Positions 31,622 to 43,642 of a stretch of DNA of 64,000 bases are shown one piece after another. Each line of letters starts with the position of its first letter. The first letter of the stretch is position 1. The DNA comes from Nitrospirota bacterium. Its GTDB lineage: Bacteria; Nitrospirota; JACRHJ01. Position numbers and translations under genes: made by a program. The DNA lies in NCBI GenBank assembly GCA_963845245.1, contig CAWJRJ010000034.1:1-64000 (forward strand), given 5' to 3'. The notes under the pieces are model-generated. The model did not search any database. It saw nothing but the letters and a program-made list of their open reading frames with translations, and was not told the origin of the DNA.

Positions 31622-31890
31622 TTTCCCCTCCCGTTTTAAATACCGGCCCCTAAGAAAAACTCCGGACCCAGAGTGACGCAAGATTCAGTATTGTCTATTG
31701 CATTAAAGCTCACAATCCATTGGCATTTATACCATGTTTGAGGGCAAAAATCAAAATAATCCTAAAGGACAGCCAGTTAGGCCGCTCTATGTTCATGGCC
31801 GCTGGAAAGTCAAAATGGGGATGGAGCAATATGCGCGGATTTATTTTTTAGGTATCTGCCCGCAACAATACAGCGAGCCGGGCCATTCCC

Positions 31891-33582
31891 TTACGGATAT
31901 TTCACCCTGTACACGGCCGCATTGTATTGATAGACATTGCCGTCGACTTCCTGCGTCTCGAACTCTGCTATCAAGTCCAGGTCCTTCTCGTACAGGTTCC
32001 GGCTGGCTTTGTTGTTGGGAGGGATCAGGAAGTCCAGCTGCGGCCGGTACCATTCTCTGGCACCGCCGACTATTATGTAATCAACGTGTTTCCTTCTGGC
32101 ATAGTCGACCACGCCTCGAAGTTCCGCGAATGGGATAACCTCCCTCTCCCTGTTGGAGTAACGCGATATCTCCCACGACCTGGTCATGATCCTGGCGTCT
32201 TTTGGAAGGTTCCGGTCGATCCAGGCTCCCATGCTCTGGTCCAGCATGACGCTCTCGTTTAATGGGCCGGGGGTCCCCCAATTCTTTACAAGCTCTACCG
32301 GAAGGGCAGCCGCGGGCGCTGTCCAGAACAAGGCTACACACAGCGCGAGGGCATAGGAAGCGGTCTTTCCCATACCTTGCAGTTTCTTCAACCTTTCAAG
32401 GACAAGCACCAGGCCACTCGCGCCTAACAGCACCAGTACCGGGGCATAGACGACAGCCGCCTCCGGCCGCCCGTACCACGACCCGCCACCGAGGCTGTAA
32501 AAAAACGGGATGAACATGACCGGGGAAAAAGACAGGAGCAGAAGGATGTTCTTGTCAAACAGCTCCCTCCCGCCCAACACGACGGCACATGCAGTCAATA
32601 CAAGCAGGAGGAGTAACGGCTTCGTGAGGTTCTTGATGCTTTTGACGACGTTCTGCCCGTAGTATGACAGCCTCGCCCCGGGGTTTTCCAGCAACCACCG
32701 GCCAAAGGAGCGGCTTTCGGTGAAGTTCAGCTCACCTCTGCCCGAGAGGCCGTAAATACTTTCCTCGTAGCCGAACTTCAAATCCCAGTAGGGCGCATTG
32801 CTCGCCAGCGCCTTCTGTATCGCGTCGGTGCCGCCAATCGTGGCGTTCTTGCGGTTCTCCAGCATCCAGGTGCCAGCAACCTTGTGTATCCAAACGACCT
32901 TCGGAATGTCCACGGCCAGAAACGTCACTCCCATCAGCAGGGCCATCATTGCCAGCCTCGCGGGTTTTACACCGCTCCTTTTATAGAGCAGGAAGAGGCC
33001 GAAGGCGGCCATGAACGCGAAGGTTATCTGGATCTCCGGCCTGATTATGAACGTGAAACCGGCGACGGCGCCTGTTACAGCGTACCAGTAAAGCGGCTTC
33101 GGGTTCAATACTCCCGCGATGAGCATCGAGATCGAGACCAGAGACCAGAAGATATATGTGGACTCGCTAAGCGGCGACGACGAGATGTGTATATGCGGCA
33201 GGAACAGCGCCAGGCCAATACCGGCGGCCAGACCTGTATAAAACCCGAAAAGCCTCCGGCCCATCAGGAAGACCAATACGCACGAAAGCGACCCGAACAG
33301 GATGGAGACCGCAAAGGCCGCCTTGTCCATGTCCGGCAAAATATACGATGCAAGCAAGATGAAGAACGAGTACCCGAACGAATACATTATGCCGGACAGT
33401 GTGTCCCATGAGTTGGCGTAGCGCATGCTCCAGGCCAGCTTGATCAGGTTCGCCGGGTCTCCGCCAAGATGGAACTCCCATGAGTAGGGTAGCCTCAGCA
33501 CGAGGGCCAGAACATATATGGCAGTTATTGCGACTATATCTTTTGCATCGAAGTATTTACTGGCGCTCTTAGTAATAGTCAA
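31891..33582 (-). CDS. GT-C fold (ArnT/PMT-like) membrane glycosyltransferase
   Basis: Multiple TMs, GD in first loop, LSES, IRPE motif, soluble C-terminal domain (VDYIIV). Confidence 0.75.
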   Translation of the reverse strand: MTITKSASKYFDAKDIVAITAIYVLALVLRLPYSWEFHLGGDPANLIKLAWSMRYANSWDTLSGIMYSFGYSFFILLASYILPDMDKAAFAVSILFGSLSCVLVFLMGRRLFGFYTGLAAGIGLALFLPHIHISSSPLSESTYIFWSLVSISMLIAGVLNPKPLYWYAVTGAVAGFTFIIRPEIQITFAFMAAFGLFLLYKRSGVKPARLAMMALLMGVTFLAVDIPKVVWIHKVAGTWMLENRKNATIGGTDAIQKALASNAPYWDLKFGYEESIYGLSGRGELNFTESRSFGRWLLENPGARLSYYGQNVVKSIKNLTKPLLLLLVLTACAVVLGGRELFDKNILLLLSFSPVMFIPFFYSLGGGSWYGRPEAAVVYAPVLVLLGASGLVLVLERLKKLQGMGKTASYALALCVALFWTAPAAALPVELVKNWGTPGPLNESVMLDQSMGAWIDRNLPKDARIMTRSWEISRYSNREREVIPFAELRGVVDYARRKHVDYIIVGGAREWYRPQLDFLIPPNNKASRNLYEKDLDLIAEFETQEVDGNVYQYNAAVYRVKYP

Positions 33583-33802
33583 CCTGGTCCCTGGGTCCCT
33601 TCGTGTTTTGTGGTTACTTAAAGCCTCAAATAATACATACGGTTATATCATGTTTATACGCTAAAATCAAAAACAATCTTGACTGGCTGCCGCAGATGCA
33701 AGTGCCAGCGTCACAGCCTGCGCCGTGGACTCACTGGTTGACTTAAACCCCACCATGGTATAGGATATTTTGAATAGACACTCGTATCGGAGTTAGACAA
33801 TT

Positions 33803-34735
33803 ATGCCTGACATTGCAATCCTGGGGGCGACCGGACATATCGCCAAGGGCCTTGTTGACGGCTTTTGCAGTTTAACCGGCAACAGCCTCCACCTCTTCAC
33901 GCGCTCACCCGAAGTGCTGGCCGATTTCCTCTCCAGTATCGATTGCGGGCCGGACTTCTCCGCGGACTCCTACGACGGGTTCCACTGGCATGAGTACGAC
34001 GTAATAATTAATTGCGTGGGCATAGGCGACCCGGGGAAACTAATAGAGTCCGCCGCATCAATATTCAGCATCACCGAAACCTACGACAACATGGTGCTTG
34101 AATACCTGCATGCACATCCCGGTGCGCTCTATATCAACTTCAGCAGCGGCGCGGCCTACGGTACGAACTTCTCCTCACCCGTAGACGTGACTGCCCGCGC
34201 GTGTTTCGATATAAACAACCTGGAAAAAAACGAATACTACGGCATGGCCAAGGCCTGCTCCGAGGCCAGGCACCGGGCGGCTGCAAACCGCAATATAGTC
34301 GACCTCCGGGTGTTCGGCTATTTCAGCAGGTTCATCGACCTGAGCACAAGCTACCTCATGACCGAGGTCGTCAACTGCATCAAAGACAATAAGGAGTTCG
34401 TGACCGGGCCGGACGACATATTGCGCGACTACGTCCACCCTGCAGACCTCTTCGCATTGATCGGGCACTGCATTGAAAAACATACATTGAACGAGGTCTA
34501 TGACGTCTACAGCCTGAAGCCGGTCGGCAAGTTTGAGATGTTGGGCCGGTTCAAGGAGGAGTTCGGTCTGAAATTCAAAATAACCGACGCGCGCAAGGCC
34601 CCTTCTGCCACTGGTATAAAAAGCAACTACTACTCACTCAACAGACGTGCCGATGCCCTGGGTTACAAGCCACGGTACACTTCGCTCGACGGCCTGGTCG
34701 AAGAGACCAGGGCCATCTTGAGCTGCAAGAATTAA
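33803..34735 (+). CDS. NAD-dependent epimerase/reductase (extended SDR)
   Basis: GATGHIA, SSGAAYG, YGMAK (YxxxK), RDYVH. Confidence 0.88.
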   Translation: MPDIAILGATGHIAKGLVDGFCSLTGNSLHLFTRSPEVLADFLSSIDCGPDFSADSYDGFHWHEYDVIINCVGIGDPGKLIESAASIFSITETYDNMVLEYLHAHPGALYINFSSGAAYGTNFSSPVDVTARACFDINNLEKNEYYGMAKACSEARHRAAANRNIVDLRVFGYFSRFIDLSTSYLMTEVVNCIKDNKEFVTGPDDILRDYVHPADLFALIGHCIEKHTLNEVYDVYSLKPVGKFEMLGRFKEEFGLKFKITDARKAPSATGIKSNYYSLNRRADALGYKPRYTSLDGLVEETRAILSCKN

Positions 34736-34911
34736 AATCGCACGCGGCCCATGTCTATTTTTCTGCACGTAATGTCTTTTCAATAGACTCTTCCATACGC
34801 CAAACAAAAACATTATAATCAATAGTTAAAATATTTTAATTTTTGTGTTGATATGTGAAACCTAATTATTATATAGTGAGGCTTTATATTTTATAACTAA
34901 GGAGGAATTAC

Positions 34912-35922
34912 ATGAAATTTACGGGAATACGGAAGTTGTTTTATTGTGGTGTCTGTGCGTTGAGTTTTGCAGTTGCACTGGGCCTTTCTTTTACCGGGAA
35001 TGCATTTGCCGAGACAGCCGAGAGCACAGTCAAAACCGACAACGGATCGGAGTTTAAGCTCAGCCTTGGTACGCTGATCCTCCAGCGTGAGAGCGGCGAC
35101 GACCATATCCTGGCGAGAAGGTACCAGCATAGCGGCAAAGTATTTCTCAATTCAAATGAATACGATTTCGACTATTCGCCCGGTGTGAACCTAAGCGCCT
35201 CCTACAAGACCCCGAAAGGGCTTGAGGCCAACATGCGCTATTTCATCGTAGACTGGAATGACGGCACAGCCGGGAAGGACCTCAATTCCGGTATAGTCTG
35301 GATGCAGTATCAGAGGCCCGGGATCTATCTAGTACGGGGAGATATAGGCCTTTCTTCAAACTATTCATCCTCGCTTGACAGCCTCGAGTTCAATTTTGGA
35401 TGGTGGCCCATCGAGCAACTCGGCGTCTTTGTCGGCCCAAGGCGCATAACGCTTAATGAACAACTAGAGATCAAGTCGACGCTTAACGGCTTTTTTGGCA
35501 CACGTACACTTTCCGACACATCCCATGTGGAGAACGAGCTTTGGGGCGGACAGCTCGGCCTTAAAGGTGTCCTGTTCAAGACAACCGGAGGGACAGACAG
35601 CAGCCTGTGGGGAAACGTCGGATACTATAACAACAGCATAGATGCCGATATGGTAAGGAAAGGAGAACTGGACACGTGGCGCGCGAACGGCAGTTCGCAT
35701 ACCGGGAGCATCGCGGGAGAAGCCGGTCTGGACTTTAACCTTGCCATCATGCCGAAGACGCTGTTCCTCAATGCAGGGTACGAGATGCTGTGGGTACAAA
35801 AGGTTGCCATTGCCCCTGCGCAGTACGAGGTCTCGGATGTCTTTATCAGCCACAGGACACGCGTTGCAACGGACGATGCGCTTTATCACGGCGCAAAGGT
35901 TGCGCTCAGCGTAAAGTGGTAA
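34912..35922 (+). CDS. outer-membrane beta-barrel protein (BBP7-like)
   Basis: Signal peptide (AFA), alternating beta strands, N.LWGGQLG, C-terminal aromatic W. Confidence 0.75.
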   Translation: MKFTGIRKLFYCGVCALSFAVALGLSFTGNAFAETAESTVKTDNGSEFKLSLGTLILQRESGDDHILARRYQHSGKVFLNSNEYDFDYSPGVNLSASYKTPKGLEANMRYFIVDWNDGTAGKDLNSGIVWMQYQRPGIYLVRGDIGLSSNYSSSLDSLEFNFGWWPIEQLGVFVGPRRITLNEQLEIKSTLNGFFGTRTLSDTSHVENELWGGQLGLKGVLFKTTGGTDSSLWGNVGYYNNSIDADMVRKGELDTWRANGSSHTGSIAGEAGLDFNLAIMPKTLFLNAGYEMLWVQKVAIAPAQYEVSDVFISHRTRVATDDALYHGAKVALSVKW

Positions 35923-35949
35923 TACATAGATAGAGTATAGTTAATTTAA

Positions 35950-35978
35950 GGGCCTGCATGCGAATGCAGGCCTTTTTT
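35950..35978 (+). terminator. intrinsic terminator
   Basis: GGCCTGCAT-GCGA-ATGCAGGCC followed by T6. Confidence 0.85.
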
Positions 35979-36048
35979 ATTTTGCGCTCACCCAATGTTA
36001 TACTTTAAGTATAAACAACCAATAACCTCTAGGTTCAAGGAGGCGGAT

Positions 36049-36448
36049 ATGTCAAGAGAGCTGGTATATAAAGAGATGAAGGAGATGCTGGGCATTGTGC
36101 CGAGCTTCTTCAAGAGCGTGCCGGACAGCACCCTGCACCTCGAATGGGAGCTTTTCAAGAAGATCCAGATTGAAAAAGGGGTTATCCCCAACAAGTACCG
36201 CGAGCTTATAGGCATTGGGATTTCGGCTGTATCCAAATGCCGCTACTGCACGCTGTTCCACTCCGAGATGGCCAAACTTGAAGGGGCCACGGACGCGGAG
36301 ATCGAGGAAGCGGTGCATTATGCAAAGGCCAGCGCGGGCTGGAGCGCATACCTGAACGGCCTTCAGGTGGACTACAACGCATTTCAAGGACGAGATTGCG
36401 AAGGTGGTAAAACACGTGAAGAAACAGTCTATGTCAAAGGCCGCATAA
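36049..36448 (+). CDS. carboxymuconolactone decarboxylase/AhpD-family protein (1 frameshift near 36383)
   Basis: KYRELI...CRYCTLFH, GATDAEIEEA; corrected tail FKDEIAKVVKHVKKQSMSKAA. Confidence 0.85.
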
Positions 36449-36522
36449 CCAAACAAAAGGGCCGGCAAAAGCGCCGGCCCTCCCAATTTAGCCGTCCCGC
36501 CCACCGTGTGGGCAGTTTTTTC

Positions 36523-36551
36523 TTGACAAAACACCGTCTTTTGGCTAAATT
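36523..36551 (+). promoter_or_regulatory. sigma70 promoter of tRNA-Met
   Basis: TTGACA, 17 bp spacer, TAAATT. Confidence 0.75.
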
Positions 36552-36576
36552 AACCCCTCTGCAAGCGTTATATCAA

Positions 36577-36653
36577 GGCGGTGTAGCTCAGGTGGTCAGA
36601 GCATGCGGCTCATATCCGCAGTGTCCGGGGTTCAAATCCCTGCACCGCCACCA
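36577..36653 (+). tRNA. tRNA with CAT anticodon, most like elongator tRNA-Met
   Basis: GGCGGTGTAGCTCAG...GCGGCTCATATCCGC...GTTCAAATCC...CACCGCCACCA cloverleaf. Confidence 0.93.
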
Positions 36654-36709
36654 AAAACCATACCCTTTCTAATGCCGCCCTCAAGCGTCAATAGCGAGGG
36701 TTTATTTTT

Positions 36710-38082
36710 ATGCACAAGCTGACCGAAACCGTCCGAAGCACCATTGTCAGGCACAGGATGGTCGTGCCCGGAGGGACAGTCGTTGCCGCCGTCTCGGGCG
36801 GGCCCGACTCCATGGCCATGCTTCACGTGCTGAGAGAACTCTCCCCCAATTAGGTATAGGCCTTGCCGTGGCGCACTTGGACCACGGCTTCAGGCCCGAG
36901 TCCGCTGCCGAGGCGTCGTTCGTGGCCGCCGAGGCCGAAAGGCTCGGTCTCCCCTTTGTATCGGAGAAGGCCGGCCTGAAGGAGTCCCTGAAGGAGAACC
37001 CGGAAAACAAGCAGAACGCTGCAAGGAACGCGCGGTATGCGTTTCTTGAGAGAGCTGCGGACAGGCTTGGCGCAAGCCATATCGCTGTGGGCCACACAGC
37101 CGACGACCAGGCCGAGACGTGGCTCATGCGCGAGTTGCGAGGCTCCGGAGCAAGCGGCCTTTCCTCCATTCCTCCGGTGCGGGGCAGGATAATCAGGCCG
37201 TTTATCGACGCCACGCGCGACGACATTATGGATTACCTGGAGCATAAGGGTGTAAAGAGCGTCACCGACCAGAGCAACCTTCAGCCCGTATACCTGCGAA
37301 ACAGGATACGGCTGGAACTCATCCCGCTGCTTAAACAATACAACCCGAAAGTGATCGAAGCGCTAAACCATTCAGTGGACATCCTACGGGAGGAGGACGA
37401 GTTCCTCACGGCATACACGGACGAACTGCTACCGGGGCTTTTATCAGGCGGCGGGCCGGATATGTACGAGCTGGATCTGATTGCGTTCAGGCGTGTCCCG
37501 GTTGCAATAAAGCGGCGTGTTCTGAGAAGGCTGATGGAACGGCTGAAGGGCGACCTTCTCGGCGTCGGCTTCGGGCATATAATAGATGCGGAATGCATGG
37601 CATCAGCCGAAACCGGCAAGGGTGTAGACCTTCCCGGCGACATAAGGGTTGAACGCAGTTATGATAAGCTCCTTGTGTACCGCACGAAGGATTTAAAGCT
37701 ATCCTACTCACTCGCGCTACCGGTGCCGGGGAGTGTAGAACTGCCAGGGGCCATTGGCAAAGTGGTGGCAAGCCTTGCAAAGCCGGGCTCCGCGCAGCCT
37801 GATGACAGATACTCCACCCTCATCGACATGAAAAATATATCCTCGGGACTTACCGTCAGGAACCGCCGCCCGGGCGACATATTCTGCCCCGAAGGCATGG
37901 AGGGCTGCAAGAAGGTGAAGGAGTACTTCATAGACTCGAAGGTACCACGGATGGAACGGGATAAGGTCCCGGTGCTCGCATGCGGCGACGATATCGTGTG
38001 GCTCGCAGGCCACAGGCGAGACAGGAGATTTCTTGCCGGTAAGGACTGCATCAACCCGGTCATGGTAAAATTCGTAAGATAA
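36710..38082 (+). CDS. tilS: tRNA(Ile)-lysidine synthetase (1 frameshift near 36848)
   Basis: ATG at 36710 gives AVSGGPDS PP-loop; then HLDHG, ARNARY, GHTADDQAET, RNRIR, TilS C-terminal domain. Confidence 0.93.
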
Positions 38083-38106
38083 CTATCCACAACACGGAGG
38101 GACAAT

Positions 38107-38640
38107 ATGCCCGCAACCCCCAACTACGGAAAACCGCTTTTCACGAAGGCAGATATCCAGAAGAAGGTGCAGGACCTGGGAGACCGCATATCAAAGGACT
38201 ACAAGGGCGAGGAACTGGTTGTGATAGGCGTGATGAAGGGCGCTTTCATCTTCCTGGCCGACCTGTGCCGGTCCATAAGGGTGCCCGTGTCCGTAGACTA
38301 TATAGGCGTCTCGAACTTCGGCTCGCGCTCAAAGGGCCGGGGCGCGGTAAGGATAAGCTCCGACTTGAACGAGAACATAGCCGGGAAGCACGTCCTGATA
38401 GTGGAGGATATAATAAACAGTGGCCTGACCGTAGAGTACCTTATGAACAGCCTCAAGGCCAGAGAGCCGAAGAGCGTCAAGGTCTGCACGCTGCTTGACA
38501 AGGCGGAGAAGAGGCGCACAGACTTCACGCCGGACTACGTAGGTTTCACAATACCAAACAGGTATGTCGTCGGATACGGGCTGGACTACCAGGACCAGTA
38601 CAGGAACCTGCCTTACATCGCGGTAATGGGAGAGGATTAA
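38107..38640 (+). CDS. hpt: hypoxanthine phosphoribosyltransferase
   Basis: VLIVEDIINSGLT PRPP motif, VVGYGLDY..YRNLPYI. Confidence 0.95.
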   Translation: MPATPNYGKPLFTKADIQKKVQDLGDRISKDYKGEELVVIGVMKGAFIFLADLCRSIRVPVSVDYIGVSNFGSRSKGRGAVRISSDLNENIAGKHVLIVEDIINSGLTVEYLMNSLKAREPKSVKVCTLLDKAEKRRTDFTPDYVGFTIPNRYVVGYGLDYQDQYRNLPYIAVMGED

Positions 38641-40608
38641 TCAGCCGGGGTAGTCCTGAAGCGAGGCGAATAACTGGCCTCTCGTGTATGGCCTGCTCTG
38701 GCCCTTCGTGATGGAAGGGCCGCGCTCGCTGATAATCTGCAGCAATACTTCCGCCACTTCCGGTGCGAAATGCGTACCGGAGCAATATTCAAGCTCCCGG
38801 ACAGCATTATCCAGGCCGATTGACGGCCTGTAAGGCCTGTCTGCCGTCATGGTATCAAACGAGTCTGCTATGCACAGTATCCGGGCAATCAGCGGTATCT
38901 CCTCACCCTTCAGGCCACAGGGGTAACCGGTGCCGTCCCAGCGTTCGTGGTGGTGTCTTACTGCCGGCAGTATATCCCTGAACTCATTGATCGGCGCAAT
39001 TATCTCGCAACCCCTGTCCGGGTGTTGTCTTACCAGTTTAAGCTCCTCTTCGGTGAGCTTGCCGGCCTTGTCCAATAGGTTGTCGTACGTCCCGATCTTC
39101 CCGATATCGTGCAGCAGCCCCGCCATGCGGAGCCTCTCTATCAGGTTGCCGCTCAGCCCCATCTTCTCCGCTATCATCATCGAGTATTCCGCCACCCGCT
39201 CGGAATGGCCTTTGGTCCAAGGGCTCTTGGCGTCAATAGCAGTTGCAAGCACATGCACTATATTGAGCGACATCTGCTCGAGGTCACAAAAAAGCCGGGA
39301 ATGTTCCAGCGCCATTCCCATACGCGAGGCGAAGGTGCTCGCCGTATCCTGGTCGTCACTCGATATACCGTCTATTTTATGGCTTCCAAGGAAGAAGAAG
39401 CCCGCCGTCGCCCCCATTCTTATTATAGGCGCGTAAACGATGGACCTTACACCTGACTCGGTAAGTATATTGTCGATATGCGTAGGGTTGGCCTCCTCCA
39501 GGAGGTTTTGGCGATAAAATGGCTTTCCTGTCTTGATCGCATTGCTTATGGCGGTCCCTGCCTTCAATACGAGGTCGCCGTTTCTGAGGTCCAGGCCCCA
39601 CCCGCCTGTATATACATGGTCGCCGGAGTCGTCCCTGAGGGCTATCCCGCCAGCCTCGGCCGGTACCACCTGCCTGATCTGGGCCCCCACCCTGTATAAC
39701 ATCTCGTCCCGGTCCATGGCCGACATTATGATCCTGTCCACCTCTACAAGGGACTTCAATGCCTCGTAATTTTTTGAGAGCCTGTGGCTGTTTTTATTTA
39801 CGTCCTCCTTGGCCTCGAAGACGCTCCGCTGCAGTCCGAAGTTTTCTATGGCCACGGCGAGCTGGCTGTTGATGGCCGACAGTACGCTTATATCCTGCTC
39901 GGAAGGGGCGGTATCCGGCGGGATGTAGCAGGTCATAACACCGACGACACCCTGAGAGGAGCTTTTAATCGGTATAACAATATGCCCGTGCGCCTTCATC
40001 CCCACGTAGTTTGTGGTATGGTCGACGTCCTTGAAACAGTCCAGAGAGGTTATGACGTCCCCTGTAAGGGCCGCCTTTCCGCATAGACAATACCCCACCC
40101 TTATCTTTTTTTCGCTTTGGACCAGGTGGGGCGCAAGGTTTATCTGGGCGGCCATGTTGAGGGAATCGGGGTCGCCGTTGTCCCTTATGAATATGGCCCC
40201 TCTTTTTTCTATTCCGAGGAAGGAGAGGGAAAGGGTTTCTTTGAGCACCAGATAGAGTATTGTATCGAGTTCCTTTGTCCTCGCAATTATCTCGGAAACG
40301 GCGTTGATGGCTGACAGCTCCCTGTTGGCGGATTCTATCTTTTCACGTTGCCTGAGGTGCCGTTCATGATGTACCCCTGTTACGGCTCCCGCCAGGCCCA
40401 TGACAAAGACCGAGCCGGTAATAAACAGGTAAGATATCAATTCCTGGTGTTCATTAGCGAGGACGGAACGGAAGTAGTAAGAGATGGTCATATCGGGATG
40501 GTAGACGGCCAACTCGATAAGCGTATAAAAAACGGGCGCAAACACACCGACCATAGCGCCAATCAACCCGTTTTTTACTGCTCTGTTACCAAATATCCCA
40601 AAGGGCAT
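38641..40608 (-). CDS. membrane-anchored GAF-GAF-HD-GYP phosphodiesterase
   Basis: 2 TMs, two GAF domains, GHSERV, HDIGK, HHERWDGTGYP, RPYR. Confidence 0.92.
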   Translation of the reverse strand: MPFGIFGNRAVKNGLIGAMVGVFAPVFYTLIELAVYHPDMTISYYFRSVLANEHQELISYLFITGSVFVMGLAGAVTGVHHERHLRQREKIESANRELSAINAVSEIIARTKELDTILYLVLKETLSLSFLGIEKRGAIFIRDNGDPDSLNMAAQINLAPHLVQSEKKIRVGYCLCGKAALTGDVITSLDCFKDVDHTTNYVGMKAHGHIVIPIKSSSQGVVGVMTCYIPPDTAPSEQDISVLSAINSQLAVAIENFGLQRSVFEAKEDVNKNSHRLSKNYEALKSLVEVDRIIMSAMDRDEMLYRVGAQIRQVVPAEAGGIALRDDSGDHVYTGGWGLDLRNGDLVLKAGTAISNAIKTGKPFYRQNLLEEANPTHIDNILTESGVRSIVYAPIIRMGATAGFFFLGSHKIDGISSDDQDTASTFASRMGMALEHSRLFCDLEQMSLNIVHVLATAIDAKSPWTKGHSERVAEYSMMIAEKMGLSGNLIERLRMAGLLHDIGKIGTYDNLLDKAGKLTEEELKLVRQHPDRGCEIIAPINEFRDILPAVRHHHERWDGTGYPCGLKGEEIPLIARILCIADSFDTMTADRPYRPSIGLDNAVRELEYCSGTHFAPEVAEVLLQIISERGPSITKGQSRPYTRGQLFASLQDYPG

Positions 40609-40838
40609 CAGTTTATCTCCGACGTGGGAGGATGCAGCGCTATGCTTTGTCCCGTTCCACCGTCAATAATACTTATTCAGCCGCCAATGTCAAGTCTTTT
40701 GATTAAGTATATATTGCAATATAGAAATCCCCGGAAACCGCTGCAGACTGTCAACCGGGAGGTTTTTTGGTTGTGTAATCCGGCCCTTATATGTTATATT
40801 TGTCGAACTATAGCATATAATTTCACTCTGGAGGTTTA

Positions 40839-42763
<1,925 letters not shown>

Positions 42764-42766
42764 GGT

Positions 42767-43642
42767 TTGGGCGGCAGGCTCCTCGAACTGGGCGGGGCGA
42801 CGATTGACCTGTCGTGCAGGACCCACATAATGGGAGTTTTGAACGTCACCCCGGATTCTTTCTCGGATGGCGGGGCCTTCATCAGCTCCGGAAGTATAGA
42901 CTACTCAAGGGCGGTGGAACACGCCCTTATGATGGCCGAGGACGGCGCTGACATAATAGACATCGGAGGAGAGTCGACAAGGCCCGGCTCTGCAAGGGTA
43001 AACCTTGAAGAGGAACTCGACCGTGTCCTGCCGGTAATAAACGGCATAAAAAAACATTCATCCGTAATCATCTCTGTCGACACCTGCAAGGCGGCCGTCG
43101 CGCGCGCCGCCGCGGAGGCTGGCGCATCTATAATAAACGACATAAGCGGCGGGTCACACGACCTGGATATGCTCCATACGGTCAGGCAGACAGGTGCGGC
43201 CTTCATAATAATGCATATGAAAGGCACCCCTGAGGACATGCAATCCAACCCCGTCTACGGCGACGTGGTTGCGGAGGTCCGGGATGTCCTGGCGGATAGG
43301 GCAAGGATGGCGCAGGAGACGGGCGTAACGCCTGACAAGATACTGCTCGACCCGGGTATAGGTTTCGGGAAAACTGTAGCCCATAACCTGTCCCTTATAA
43401 ACCGGCTCGACACCATTACCGCCCTGGGCTACCCAGTGGTGCTCGGGGTATCGAGGAAGGCGTTCATAGGAAAACTTACAGGTGCAAAGACCCCATCCGA
43501 CCGGCTGGAGGGCACGATAGCCTCATCCGTCATAGGCATTGTCAGGGGCGCTTCTATCATAAGGGTACATGACGTAAAAGCCGTCAGGAGGGCCTGCCTT
43601 GTGGCAGACGCAGTGTTGAGGGCAGATGGTTCAATTGCTTGA
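42767..43642 (+). CDS. folP: dihydropteroate synthase
   Basis: NVTPDSFSDGG, GGESTRPG, DPGIGFGK, SRK, RVHDV. Confidence 0.96.
   Translation: MGGRLLELGGATIDLSCRTHIMGVLNVTPDSFSDGGAFISSGSIDYSRAVEHALMMAEDGADIIDIGGESTRPGSARVNLEEELDRVLPVINGIKKHSSVIISVDTCKAAVARAAAEAGASIINDISGGSHDLDMLHTVRQTGAAFIIMHMKGTPEDMQSNPVYGDVVAEVRDVLADRARMAQETGVTPDKILLDPGIGFGKTVAHNLSLINRLDTITALGYPVVLGVSRKAFIGKLTGAKTPSDRLEGTIASSVIGIVRGASIIRVHDVKAVRRACLVADAVLRADGSIA

Noticed and set aside
35995..36672. 225 aa ORF extending across the tRNA
   Set aside because: Artefact of a frameshift in the AhpD-like gene; the corrected frame stops at 36448, before a hairpin and the tRNA promoter
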